Below, in pieces: positions 53,560 through 64,000 of a stretch of 64,000 nt of DNA. How positions within the stretch are numbered: the stretch's first letter is position 1; every line of letters starts with the position of its first letter. Source of the DNA: Octopus sinensis (taxonomy: Eukaryota); assembly GCF_006345805.1 (NCBI RefSeq), contig NC_043002.1, positions 102,238,001-102,302,000 of the forward strand. The letters are read 5' to 3'. The notes beneath the pieces were generated by a model, which saw only the letters and a list, made by a program, of their open reading frames with translations, made no database searches and was not told where the DNA came from. The position numbers and the translations under genes were made by a program.

Positions 53560-54370
53560 ATATATGATGTGGGACTTTAACATTCAGACTGTCAGTGTAA
53601 TAGAAGGTAGAAGACCTGATTTAGTAATAGCAAATAACGAGAATAGAAATTGCCAGATAATTCACTTTACAGTCCTAAATGATGAAAAAATCGGATCTTT
53701 TCGGTTTGAACGGCAGTTTTTTCTAGCTGCGTCATATGAAATTGTTACTCATAATTATGACCCTAATATCGATCTATTGCATTTCAATCTATTTTAGGGT
53801 TGGGGTTAGGGGTGGGAGGAGGTGTATCTTTTTTTTTCTTCACAAATGTAAATAAATCCAATCTGTTTCTTAAACGAGGGACATATTCACACGGCACAGA
53901 ATGTCGTTTACCTCAATGGACGTCAGTGATTGGTTGAAATTGCAGAAATTGAAGAAAAAACAACAAATATCTTACAAACTATAGAATTTTCTCAATAAAG
54001 CCAAGAGAAAAAGATGTTTTATAAACGCATTCTACCAGTATATGAAGTTTAACATTTTTTAGTTACCTAGAAATTGTTAAAATCTGCCATTCAAACCGAA
54101 AAGATCCAAAAAATCAATATGAGAGATAAAGAAAAATGTTAATGTACCAGGACCTAACCATTGAACTACCAAGACTATGGGAAGTGCAGGTAAAATGTGT
54201 CTCAGTGGATATAGGTGCATTGGGAATTATCCCTACAGATCTGAACAGATGGATAGAGGAAATAGGCATAAAACCCAGTTTATTATAGCTCCAGAAAATA
54301 AGTGTTATTAGGGACAGCTAGGATACTTAGAGGGTTTTTGGCATATAAGGTTACTTGTTGTAGCCCGATG
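53560..54370 (+). mobile_element. Decayed R4/Dong-like RLE domain split by a MITE
   Basis: MWDFNIQTVSVIEGRRPDLVIAN...NDEKI before the MITE; a GALGII-type motif and VLLGTARILR after it. Confidence 0.8.
53693..54107 (+). mobile_element. hAT-type MITE (415 bp, 24-bp TIRs, perfect 8-bp TSD AAAAAATC)
   Basis: GGATCTTTTCGGTTTGAACGGCAG (53693-53716) and CTGCCATTCAAACCGAAAAGATCC (54084-54107); AAAAAATC at 53685-53692 and 54108-54115. Confidence 0.9.
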
Positions 54371-54639
54371 TAAGAAACTTTTCTTTTCCGAAAGTCTTAA
54401 TCTGTTGAGTTTATATGAAAAAATAAATCCTTTCTAGTCATGGCAAAATGCATGAAATTTGGTGGGAGGGGGCTAGTCGATTACATCGACCCCACTAGGT
54501 AACTGGTAGTTATTTCATCCACCCCGAAAGAATGAAAGCAAAGACAAAGTCGGTGGAATTGGAACTCAGAACGTAACAACAGACGAATTAACGCTAAGCA
54601 TTTGTGCTACCTTGACGCCTTAATAAAAATAATAATAAG

Positions 54640-55545
54640 AACAACAACAATTATTATTATTACCAATGCCTTTGCACAGCTTCTAACGCTGGAGATGTAC
54701 TACGGTGTCAGGCGTTTACTACCAGTGAACTAAGGTAACGCCTCTTATTTTTCGAGCACTTGGTTTATTCGAGCAGTTCCATGCAGTGCTGTATTCTGCA
54801 AGAGCTCCACCCTTATGACAGCTCCTATTTGTTCCACTTACTTTTCGAGATTTTGCTCACTGTTACCAGGGCTCCGACAATCATTGATAGAACTGCTACT
54901 TTTTTCATCGACCGCAACTGCTTAACCTCCCAAACTAACCTGTCGTATGTATCGACTTTCTTTCCTCCTTATCGCATGCCTTGTTGCCAGCTGTGCGTGC
55001 TATATCTATGATCCAGCATCGTTTGTTTTGTTTCTCAATTAAGACTATGTCCAGCTTCCTATTCTCTATTTCATGGTCGCACTGAATCATAATATCTCAT
55101 AGGATCTTTGAATTTCCATTTTCAACAATGCCTTCAGGTTTGTGGTCGTATCAATTTTTTGCTCTGTCAAGTCCATACTTGTTGCAAAGTGTCCAATGAA
55201 CAAGCCTTGCTATATTGTCATGGCGTCTCTTATATTCCTGCTGGACTAATGGCGTACATTGGCTGGTAATATGCCATACGGTTTCACCACTTTGTCCACA
55301 GATTCTGCACTTAACACTTTCTGCTGTGTTGTTTCTTCTGTATTTTATGTAGTTTGTTCTTAGTTCTTGCACTTGGGCTGCACAGATTACATCCTCTGTT
55401 TCCGGATTTAAATCACCTTTAGTCATCTACTGCGGTCTTATTTTGCTGTCTGACTTATCTCTTACATCTATATGAAATTGGCCAGGTATTCTTTTCTTTA
55501 CCCACCTATTTTCAGGTTCATTCGATTTCAATTTCTTGTATAGTG
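54640..55545 (-). mobile_element. R4/Dong-like LINE 3' portion with (AAT)n tail
   Basis: ORF 55151-55426: DLNPETEDVICAAQ...KCRICGQSGETVWHITSQCTPLVQQEYKRRHDNIARLVHWTLCNKY (CCHC knuckle plus RHD motif). Confidence 0.9.
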
Positions 55546-56439
55546 TTTTATATTTGAAATCCCTCATCCTAAATATTATTATTATTATTAAATGCCCTGA
55601 TGCAGTACATGGCAGTGGCTCTCACGGACTCTGATCTTAACTGATTGGAATTGTTATCATGTACATTGTTTATCTTGATTTGAGGTCAATATGTCACGCA
55701 TATATGGTTGTAATGCATGTGCCTGGTGTACCCTTATCAGACGGGTACTCATAATGTGTATTGTGGGCTTCATATATTTTACTCCAGTGTCGCTTTGATG
55801 GCATGCTCAACATTTTCACTCGACGACAACAGCAGCAGCAACATCAACAACAACAATAATAATAATTAGAAGAAGAAAAATGATAATGATATGTTAACAG
55901 CAATACTAATGTTTTACTGACCAAAACAAGGAACATAGTTTTGTGACAGCGCAGTTATGAATTATAGATTGCGATGATGAAAATTTGTGACCGGTTAAAT
56001 TTTACCTTTGTTTGGAATTTTATAAAATATGTCATAATAGTTATTTTTCATGTCGTTGTTAAAACCCCAAATCAACCATGGTTGAGTAAAAATCTGCGAC
56101 CAAACGCGTTGTAGCAGTCACTGTCCTCTCACAGCGCAGAGAGCACGATATTGCACAGTGAGAGTTTTTAACCACCTTTTATAGCTAATATGTGTTAGTT
56201 GGTTCCTGTAGTAAGCATGCTGGAAATGTTGTTCTATTTCATTTAGAGCCTCATGTATACAGTACATCAGCTGCCCATATAGTGTTAGAGACAGCTTTAT
56301 GCATATGTATATTTTCTGAAATGTTTCCAGCGTCGATGTGTTGTTTAGGTGTCTCTTCATGCATCTTTAATAACGATTTTAGAATTGTTTCTTTAAATCT
56401 AGTCTAAAACTTAGCGATTTCATCCTGCGTGTGTAAGTC

Positions 56440-56575
56440 GGTACCAACAACTCCAGTATTTAAGTGTACTCTTATTTACTGGAACCGAAAAGATATGGTG
56501 TGAAGTTGGTACCAACAACTCCAGTATTTCAGTGTAATTATATTTACTGGCACCGAAAAGATATGGTGTGAAGTT
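56440..56575. repeat. 68-bp tandem duplication inside a decayed SINE-like sequence
   Basis: GGTACCAACAACTCCAGTATTT...GAAAAGATATGGTGTGAAGTT starts at 56440 and 56508. Confidence 0.85.
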
Positions 56576-57499
56576 GAGATCGGCCGGAGTGGAACTTAGA
56601 CGGCAAGTTCTGGGACATATACAGCAAATAATTTTTGCAACTCATTAAACTCTCTGCCAGCATACGGCTTTGCAATACTTTAATAAAAGTCCTGGTTTTA
56701 TGTATATTTACTGTCCTAAAATATCTGTGATCATGCTTACTTTCATTCCATCATTCTTATAACATTTTGGTGTCAGAGTTGCTGAAATTATTCATGGCTG
56801 CTCCTGTTGCTTCACGCAGAAAATAATGAATATGAATATTAAAGAATTTATTGTGTGTATATATTTTTTCCGTATATATATGGAAAAATATATATACAAA
56901 AATATTTTATATATATATGGAAAAATATATATACAAAAACAAGTGCGCTTTATGCTTTTTTGTTCTCTAAGTTGCGAACGAACGGTGTAAACGGCATCTT
57001 AGGTTTATCGTATGTCCCGTAAATTCCTTTTGTATATCACGTACATTAGTATCCACAGAATTCTACTGGAAGTAGAACGGATAGTGATATGCGACCGAGA
57101 ACTAAATCATTCTTGTGGCTTTTATTTATACGTATTGGGCCTCACAAAAAACAGAAAACCTGAGAAGAATTTTCCGTGAGTATCATGTTTCAGTTCCTTA
57201 AGTAATGTCCATGTCTCAGAAACGTAAGCACTCAATTCTGATATAGCAGTAAATAATTTCAAGCTGCATGAGTGGAGGAGCAGCAATGAGGCACAATAGT
57301 TAGAGATGCAGAAACTTGTGCTATCCCGAGTAGGACTTAATTATGATCATAAACCATGATTGCGGCAGACTTAAAGGAGATGCGCTACAGTTGTGCATTT
57401 TTCCTCAGAAACACTTCTCAGAACAACAGGGTCTAATATTTTGGCTTCTTTCAAAAGGGCTAATTCTACTCCTGAGCAGAGCAAACAAGTATACTCTTA

Positions 57500-58027
57500 C
57501 TCTTTTACTCTTTTACTTGTTTCAATCATTTGACTGCGGCCAAGCTGGAGCACCGCCTTTAATCAAGCAACTCGACCCCGGGGAATTATTCTTTTGTAAG
57601 CCCAGTACTTATTCTAACGGTTTCTTTTGCCGAACCGCTAGGTAACGGGGACATAAACACACCAGCATCGGTTGTCAAGCAATGCTAGGGGGACAAACAC
57701 ATACACATACACGCGTATATATATACATATATACATATAAAGGCGGCGAGCTGGCAGAAGCGTTAGCGCGCTGGGCGAAATGCTTAGCGGTATTTCGTCT
57801 GTCGTTACTTTCTGAGTTCAAATTCCGCCGAGGTCGACTTTGCCTTTCATCCTTTCGGGGTCGATAAATTAAGTACCAGTTACGCACTGAGGTTGATGTA
57901 ATCAACTTAATCCCTTTGTCTGTCCTTGTTTGTCCCCTTTATGTTTAGCCCCTTGTGGGCAGTAAAGAAATATATATACGACGGGCTTCTTTCAGTTTCC
58001 GTCTACCAAATCCACTCTCAAGGCTTT
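57500..58027 (-). mobile_element. Headless family-2 SINE interrupted by a family-1 SINE
   Basis: Family-2 tail at 57500-57720 resumes as ACGACGGGCTTCTTTCAG at ~57978. Confidence 0.8.
57741..57970 (+). mobile_element. tRNA-derived SINE, family 1, nested in the TA tract of a family-2 SINE
   Basis: GGCGGCGAGCTGGCAGAAGCGTTAGC...AGTAAAGAAATA. Confidence 0.9.
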
Positions 58028-58029
58028 GA

Positions 58030-58148
58030 ATACTCCGGAAGGTGCTCGAAAAATAAGAGGTGTTTCCTTAGTTCACTGGCAGTGAACAGCTGACACCGTA
58101 GTACACCTCCAGCGTCAGAAGCTGTGCAACGGCAATGATAATAATACT
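58030..58148 (+). mobile_element. Severely 5'-truncated R4/Dong-like LINE (3' UTR only)
   Basis: GTGCTCGAAAAATAAGAGG...CTGACACCGTAGTACACCTCCAGCG...AATGATAATAAT matches the reverse complement of 54650-54760. Confidence 0.8.
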
Positions 58149-58357
58149 CTTTTACTCTTTTACTTGTTTCAGTCATTTGGCTGTGGCCATGCTGGAGCAT
58201 CGCCTTTAGTCGAGCAAATCGACCCCAGGGCCTATTCTTTGTAAGCCTAGTACTTATTCTAACGGTCTCTTTTGCCGAACCGTTCAGTTACGCGGACGTA
58301 AATACACCAGCATCGGTTGTCAAGCGATGTTGGGCAGAGACAAACATAGACACACAA

Positions 58358-58388
<31 letters not shown>

Positions 58389-58555
58389 CGACGGGCTTCT
58401 TTTAGTTTCTGCCTACCAAATCCACTCACAAGGCTTTGGTCAGCCCGAGGTTATAGTAGAAGACACTTGCCTAAGTTGCCATGAAGTGGGACTGAACCCG
58501 GAACCATGTGGTTCATAAGCAAGCTACTTACCACACAGCCACTCCGGCGCCTATA
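58149..58555 (-). mobile_element. tRNA-derived SINE, family 2, full length
   Basis: Reverse complement of the 48013-48436 copy. Confidence 0.9.
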
Positions 58556-59087
58556 TATTTATATATATATATATAATAGAATAATGTCCCACGATTATGT
58601 GTTTAATGATTAGCTGGTACGAACTGGGGATGATAATTTTACAGGTCTTCTCGTACGATAACGGCAGTGAACAGATTCGACCGTAGACTGTGCGTCATAT
58701 CTCCCCAACGCAAGTCTCCAGCCAAGCAAAAGGACGAACCAATAGCTTAGTGGTGATAGACCTATCTACAAGAAGCTTACTACTTACTCCTTGTAATCTA
58801 GGGATTGTACAATCAGTAGAAAATGAAGCATTAACTTGTTTATTTACGTAATAAGCCAACTGGTTTGAGCGCTGCACATGTTGCTTGGCCGAAATCGATT
58901 TGTGGCTCTGTGCTACGAGGCCAAATTTGCTGTCATCCTCACAAGGTCGCTAAATAAGAGACCAGGTGTGTACTGGGTATTTCTGTTCTGTTACACTAGC
59001 ATATTAGTTCTCTGTCTATGGAAGAAATCGACTTTTGTCAGGTGTGAAGAGGAGTAAACTCCGTCTAGACTAATAGATACAAAATAT

Positions 59088-59472
59088 GGATGGAAGCACT
59101 CCCTCGGTTACGTCGATGAGGGTTCCGGTTGATCTGAATCAACGGAACAGCCTGCTCCTGAAATTAACGTGTAAGTGGCTGAGCACTCCACAGATATGTG
59201 TACCCTTAACGTAGTTCTCGGGGATATTCAGCGTGACACAGAGAGTGACAAGGCCGGCCCTTTGAAATACAGGTACAACAGAAACAGGAAGTAAGAGTGA
59301 GAGAAAGTTGTGGTGAAAGAGTATAGCAGGGTTCGCCACCATCCCTGCCGGAGCCTCGTGGAGCTTTAGGAGTTTTCGCTCAATAAACACCCACAACGCC
59401 CGGTCTGGGAATCGAAACCGCGATCCTATGACCGCGAGTCCGCTGCCCTAACCACTGGGCCATTGCGCCTCC
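59088..59472 (-). mobile_element. tRNA-derived SINE, family 3b (family-3 head, different tail), with 13-bp TSD
   Basis: Head is the reverse complement of the 45448 copy's head; AGATACAAAATAT 59075-59087 and AGATACAAAACAT 59473-59485. Confidence 0.9.
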
Positions 59473-59850
59473 AGATACAAAACATAAGCAGGATGCAACG
59501 TGAGCGCTTTCTAGCACTCCGTTAACGAGTTCAAATACCATTACATAGCATTTATATTTTTAATATATTTTTCCTTAGTTCATCTTACCGTGTATTTACC
59601 AATTTTAACAGGACTTAGCATTTTTGCACCGCCAGCCCATGGGTATTTTTCTAAAGCCATGCACCCGCTTTTTAATTAATTTTGTATTGACTCCTGTTTC
59701 CTCCTAACAAATAACTAAGAGAATAATTATATCTAGATTTTGATATTAATTATATGGGTTCTTGAACAAAACGCTTCGTTTCATGTTAGTCCAGTCCACT
59801 CAGATGTTGAAATGAGTAATCCTCCAGCAGACCGGCTTCTAATCGAGGAG

Positions 59851-59881
<31 letters not shown>

Positions 59882-62164
59882 CATAGAGCCCTATGCGATT
59901 AAGTCTGTAGGACTCGTAAAGGATCTCAAAAGGCTGCACGTTCAGAATCATTTATACGCCGGGTAAAATGCTTACGAAATTTCGCCCGCCTTTTATTCTG
60001 AGTCCAGTTGTTGCCGAGGTTTGCTTGGCCTTTCATCATTTCAGTTTCAATAAAATAAATACCAATAGAAAACTGCAGTTGATATGATCATATTACCCCC
60101 TACCCCAGAAGTGCTACCCTTGTGCCTAAATTTATATGGATGATAAATGAAAAAACTCAGTAGATCAGTTAAAATTCCTCTTAACTGTCTTATTAGTATC
60201 AATTTGTAAATACTTCTCTCAGAAATGATTATAGTTTGAACATATTTACTCATAGATCTAGACCAGGTGAAGCCTGGGGCTAAAGTACAACAGTTATAGA
60301 ATAAACTGTGGGAACGAACATCCATATTTAAAATAGAGCTACGCTACATCCTACATCAAAACAAACCAGGATACCCTGTGAGAAATTCAGGTGAGCAAGA
60401 ATATAAAAAACACTTAAATAAAATGCGAATGAGAGGTGTCAGCACTTTCAGACGTCTGTGTTATTTGCGGTAAAGACTATGAAAGCCAAAACGAATGATA
60501 TAAATGTTACTAAATGGCTAAGAAAGAAAAACTAACGAAAACTATACGACGTAAAACACCATCCCCCAGTGTATCGTATTAATAATAGAAGGTTTGAAGC
60601 TTTGTTCTAACCTTTATTAAAAAACAAAAAAACAGAAGACGAAAAATATTTGAATTAACATTAGTATTATTATAGACTGATGTGTAAATATAGAATCTAG
60701 TGTGGTAGAAACGTATCAACTGCCGACGCTCCGTTTATGCGCGTAACAGCCGTAAAATAAATGCTTTTATTAAGATTTATAACTGTTGCGGAAAAACAAA
60801 TGTCTCCCTTGTTGAGAAAAATAATCATGTCCAGAGAACCATTCATAAGCATCGATCGATTCAACCTGGCTTCAACTAAGGTGACTTCCTTTGATGTTCC
60901 CAGCTCAATAATCAGTTGATTAAATGGCTGTAATCTGATAATCCGATTAATCAAAGGAATTGCCAAACAGCTCGACAACCAATTACTTATCAATCAACCT
61001 ATATATGTATTCTACATGTACACACAATCGTACAAATCCCAGGTGATTAATGTCTACTTCTACACATGCAAACACAGTTAGATATATAGCTTTATAAATA
61101 CAATATGGCTGCCGTCTACCTATATCTCTCTATCCGTGTATACACACACTCACGGAAACACACGCATATATCGGTTATAGAGACACACATACAAATGTAT
61201 CTACTACTTAGTCAACGCGGATACGCACACACACATTCTACTGGTGCATATATACACACACAAACACAGACAGTCACCTGACACACATTCTCTCCTCCTC
61301 CCTCATTCTCTATAAATTTATAAATTCAAATATTTATATTTATGTAATACATTTGTGCATAAATATGCTCACATGAATTATGTGTGTGTGTTTGTGTGTG
61401 AGTGTGTAAAGATATATACACACATATATGTAGGGAGAGAGAGAGAGAGGGAGGGGTATAGTTAGATAGATAAATACATATTTACATAAATTACCGCATG
61501 TGTACGTCATGTATTTTTATATATACAAACATGAACAATATGATATATGGCTGTTCACGTAAATTCATGTATTGCACGCATGCATTAAGATAATATATAG
61601 GTTCCGCTCCGTATAGATAGAAATATTATATGTGCAAAAGGAATGAATGAACATATAGATATAAAAAAAAGGTGATAAAGTGAATGAGTTGGAAGAGGGA
61701 ATGATTTGTAGAGAAGTAGGGAGAGCTAGTGGTGTTGGGTGTGGAAGTGAGGGTATCATTGGTGTTGTCGGTGGCGGTCGTAAAGAAATATGATTGAAGA
61801 TGGGTATAAAATATCATAAGTAGCGATTGATTTGGAGGCAGAATTATAGATTGAAATTTCCGTGGAAAAGTGATAGGTTTGTTATTGCAAAAATTTTAAG
61901 CATTCATACACTCACACATACAGACACACAGCAAAAGATTTCAGATGTCTATATACGTTAGTATACATATCTATATGAGTGTATATATATATATATATAT
62001 ATATATGCGTGTGTGTGAGTGTATTATATATATGTATGTTAATATAAAGAGTAAAGATAGAACTCAAAATATGAGTGCATGTATATTTTCATTAATATTT
62101 AGCAGAAATTATAGAGCGACTTAACGCTCGAAACTCACTGACGTTTAGTCACTCTTTTGCAGAA

Positions 62165-62316
62165 GTGGTTGTGTGGTAAGTAGCTTGCCCACCAACCACA
62201 TGTTTCCGGGTTCAGTCCCACTGCGTAGTTACCTTGGACAAGTGTCATCTATCATAGCCTCAAGCCGAACAAAATCTTGTGAGTGGATTTGTACACGGAA
62301 TCTGAAAGAACACGTC

Positions 62317-62369
<53 letters not shown>

Positions 62370-62580
62370 ATATACATGTGTGTGTGTCTGTGTATGTTCT
62401 TCCCCACCCCACCATCTTGACAACCAATGTTTGTGTGTTCACGTCCATGTAACTTAACGGTTGGGTAACAGAGATCGATAGAATAAGTGTTAGGCTTACA
62501 AAGAATAAGTCGTGGTGTCGATTTGTTCGACTAAATGCGCTGCTCCATCATGGCCGAAGTCAAATGACTGAAACAAATAC
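62165..62580 (+). mobile_element. tRNA-derived SINE, family 2, diverged
   Basis: GAAGTGGTTGTGTGGTAAGTAGCTTG...GGGTTCAGTCCC; tail CATGGCCGAAGTCAAATGACTGAAAC. Confidence 0.85.
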
Positions 62581-62713
62581 AAAAATAAAATAATATATGT
62601 GTGGGTGTGTGTGGACGTCGCTACTATTGTGGCTAAGATACAGCTCTTAGCCAAAATAAAGCACTTACCTCAAGACTGACAAAGGAGGCGTGTTCCTTGC
62701 CATGTCTTGCGCG

Positions 62714-62764
62714 AAGCCAGATCACCCGTGGTTTCACATTTTTATTAATGCTCGTCAGTGGCTC
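62714..62764 (-). ncRNA. Compact type I hammerhead ribozyme (one stem III mismatch)
   Basis: Minus strand: GAGCCA CTGACGA G CATT AATAAA AATG T GAAA CCACGGGTGA TC / TGGCTT; 6-bp stem I, 5-bp stem II, intact core. Confidence 0.6.
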
Positions 62765-62868
62765 TTATCCAGCCTAGAAATTCTGGTGCTAACCAGTACA
62801 CTCAATCGCTTTAGTGACGTCTATATTTCTGTCTTTCGGTCGTAAATTGCGAATAAGCTACATTTATC

Positions 62869-62918
<50 letters not shown>

Positions 62919-62924
62919 GGGAAA

Positions 62925-63375
62925 TACGAATTCACTTGTCTATATAAAAGTGGATATGCTGATTAGCTTTTATATGTTCCGATGACGCTTGTTCGGAAAT
63001 ATAAGGGGTAAGTTTTCCTAGCATTTCTAGATTTATTTATCGGAATAATATATTGATAAAGGAAATGAGTCTTATGATTCTAATCCAGAAACGTACGTCC
63101 ATAATTAACCGAAGACTGTTTGATTTCATTATTTTTCTTCTTTTTTTGCCATATATTGTTACAAATATTGTCGTCTGTGAAGACATATTTTTGTAGAAAA
63201 AGGAAATAGTTGTCCTTTGGCTGCTATTTCTAAAATTTTCGGTATGTGGTCAAGCAACTGGCTGCAAAACCCTTATTGTTATAATTATATAAGTTTTTAC
63301 CGAATATGGTCCTTTTCCATACCGAAATACAACTAGGTGAAATTTGTTGATTTTATTAAATTAATTATCTTTCCC
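62925..63375 (+). repeat. Diverged dispersed copy of the 603-bp hammerhead repeat family
   Basis: GAAACGTACGTC at 63088-63099 and CTGCTATTTCTAAAATTTTCGGTATGTGGTCAAGCAACT at ~63221; bounded by (TA)n on both sides. Confidence 0.75.
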
Positions 63376-63381
63376 CCTATA

Positions 63382-63412
<31 letters not shown>

Positions 63413-64000
63413 GATGCATGTGTGTGCGTGTGTATATACATCTTGTCCTTGGCCACGTAATTTTGGTTTTCTCCTGAGAGTGTCTTCTTTTTGTCGACGC
63501 CCCTGATGCCCACCAAAGCCAATCTTCGCGTATAACAGTCAGGAAGAAACTAACACGGAATTTTCAGTAGATGGCGGTAATAGTTTGTTGTTGAATTCGT
63601 TTTAATTACATTCCTCACCAATTTCCCCGTTTCCTTGTCACTTCCAAATGATTGATTCACTAGTGTTAGGGAGACACCAATTAGAGACTTTCTAGGTTGA
63701 TTCCGTCGCATTTAACCCTATTCTACTCATACTTTCGTCTGGTTATTATAGGTCTTTTTATAGGAGTAGATACCTCGGCCCATTTCTTCTGTGATTAATT
63801 CACTGTAAATGATTTCACGTGGAAATCTATTTCATTTAGTCACATTTCCTAAATAGTCGATCCGGTCTTTCAACAAGTTTCGTTCAATGTTTCGAATGAT
63901 GGCTTTTTCTGGAACAAAACTGAAGGATATCAGATCTCCTCCTATGGAAGCAGAACATTTGTTGACAGAAATTATATAGATTGTTGACATTCCGATCCCA

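Overview
Non-bacterial, very AT-rich animal DNA, most likely octopus or another cephalopod (judged from the abundant tRNA-derived SINE families and the extreme (TA)n/(CA)n density; this is recall, not a search result). No complete host gene can be supported. Most entries in the ORF track are translations of microsatellites. The window is a mosaic of simple repeats, at least four SINE families (several with clear target-site duplications), decayed R4/Dong-like and CR1-like LINE fragments, a Penelope-like GIY-YIG fragment, a Tc1 transposase 5' end, two hAT-type MITEs with 8-bp TSDs, several foldback elements and a 100-N gap. The most notable observation is a head-to-tail ~603-bp repeat (3224-4603) in which each full unit carries a canonical type I hammerhead ribozyme with a palindromic minimal stem III, predicting a 603-nt self-cleaved monomer (retrozyme / non-autonomous Penelope-like architecture). 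A second, unrelated, nearly intact hammerhead lies at 62714-62764 (-), and decayed hammerhead-like cores recur in several other repeat families. A few isolated exon-like segments are listed at low confidence.
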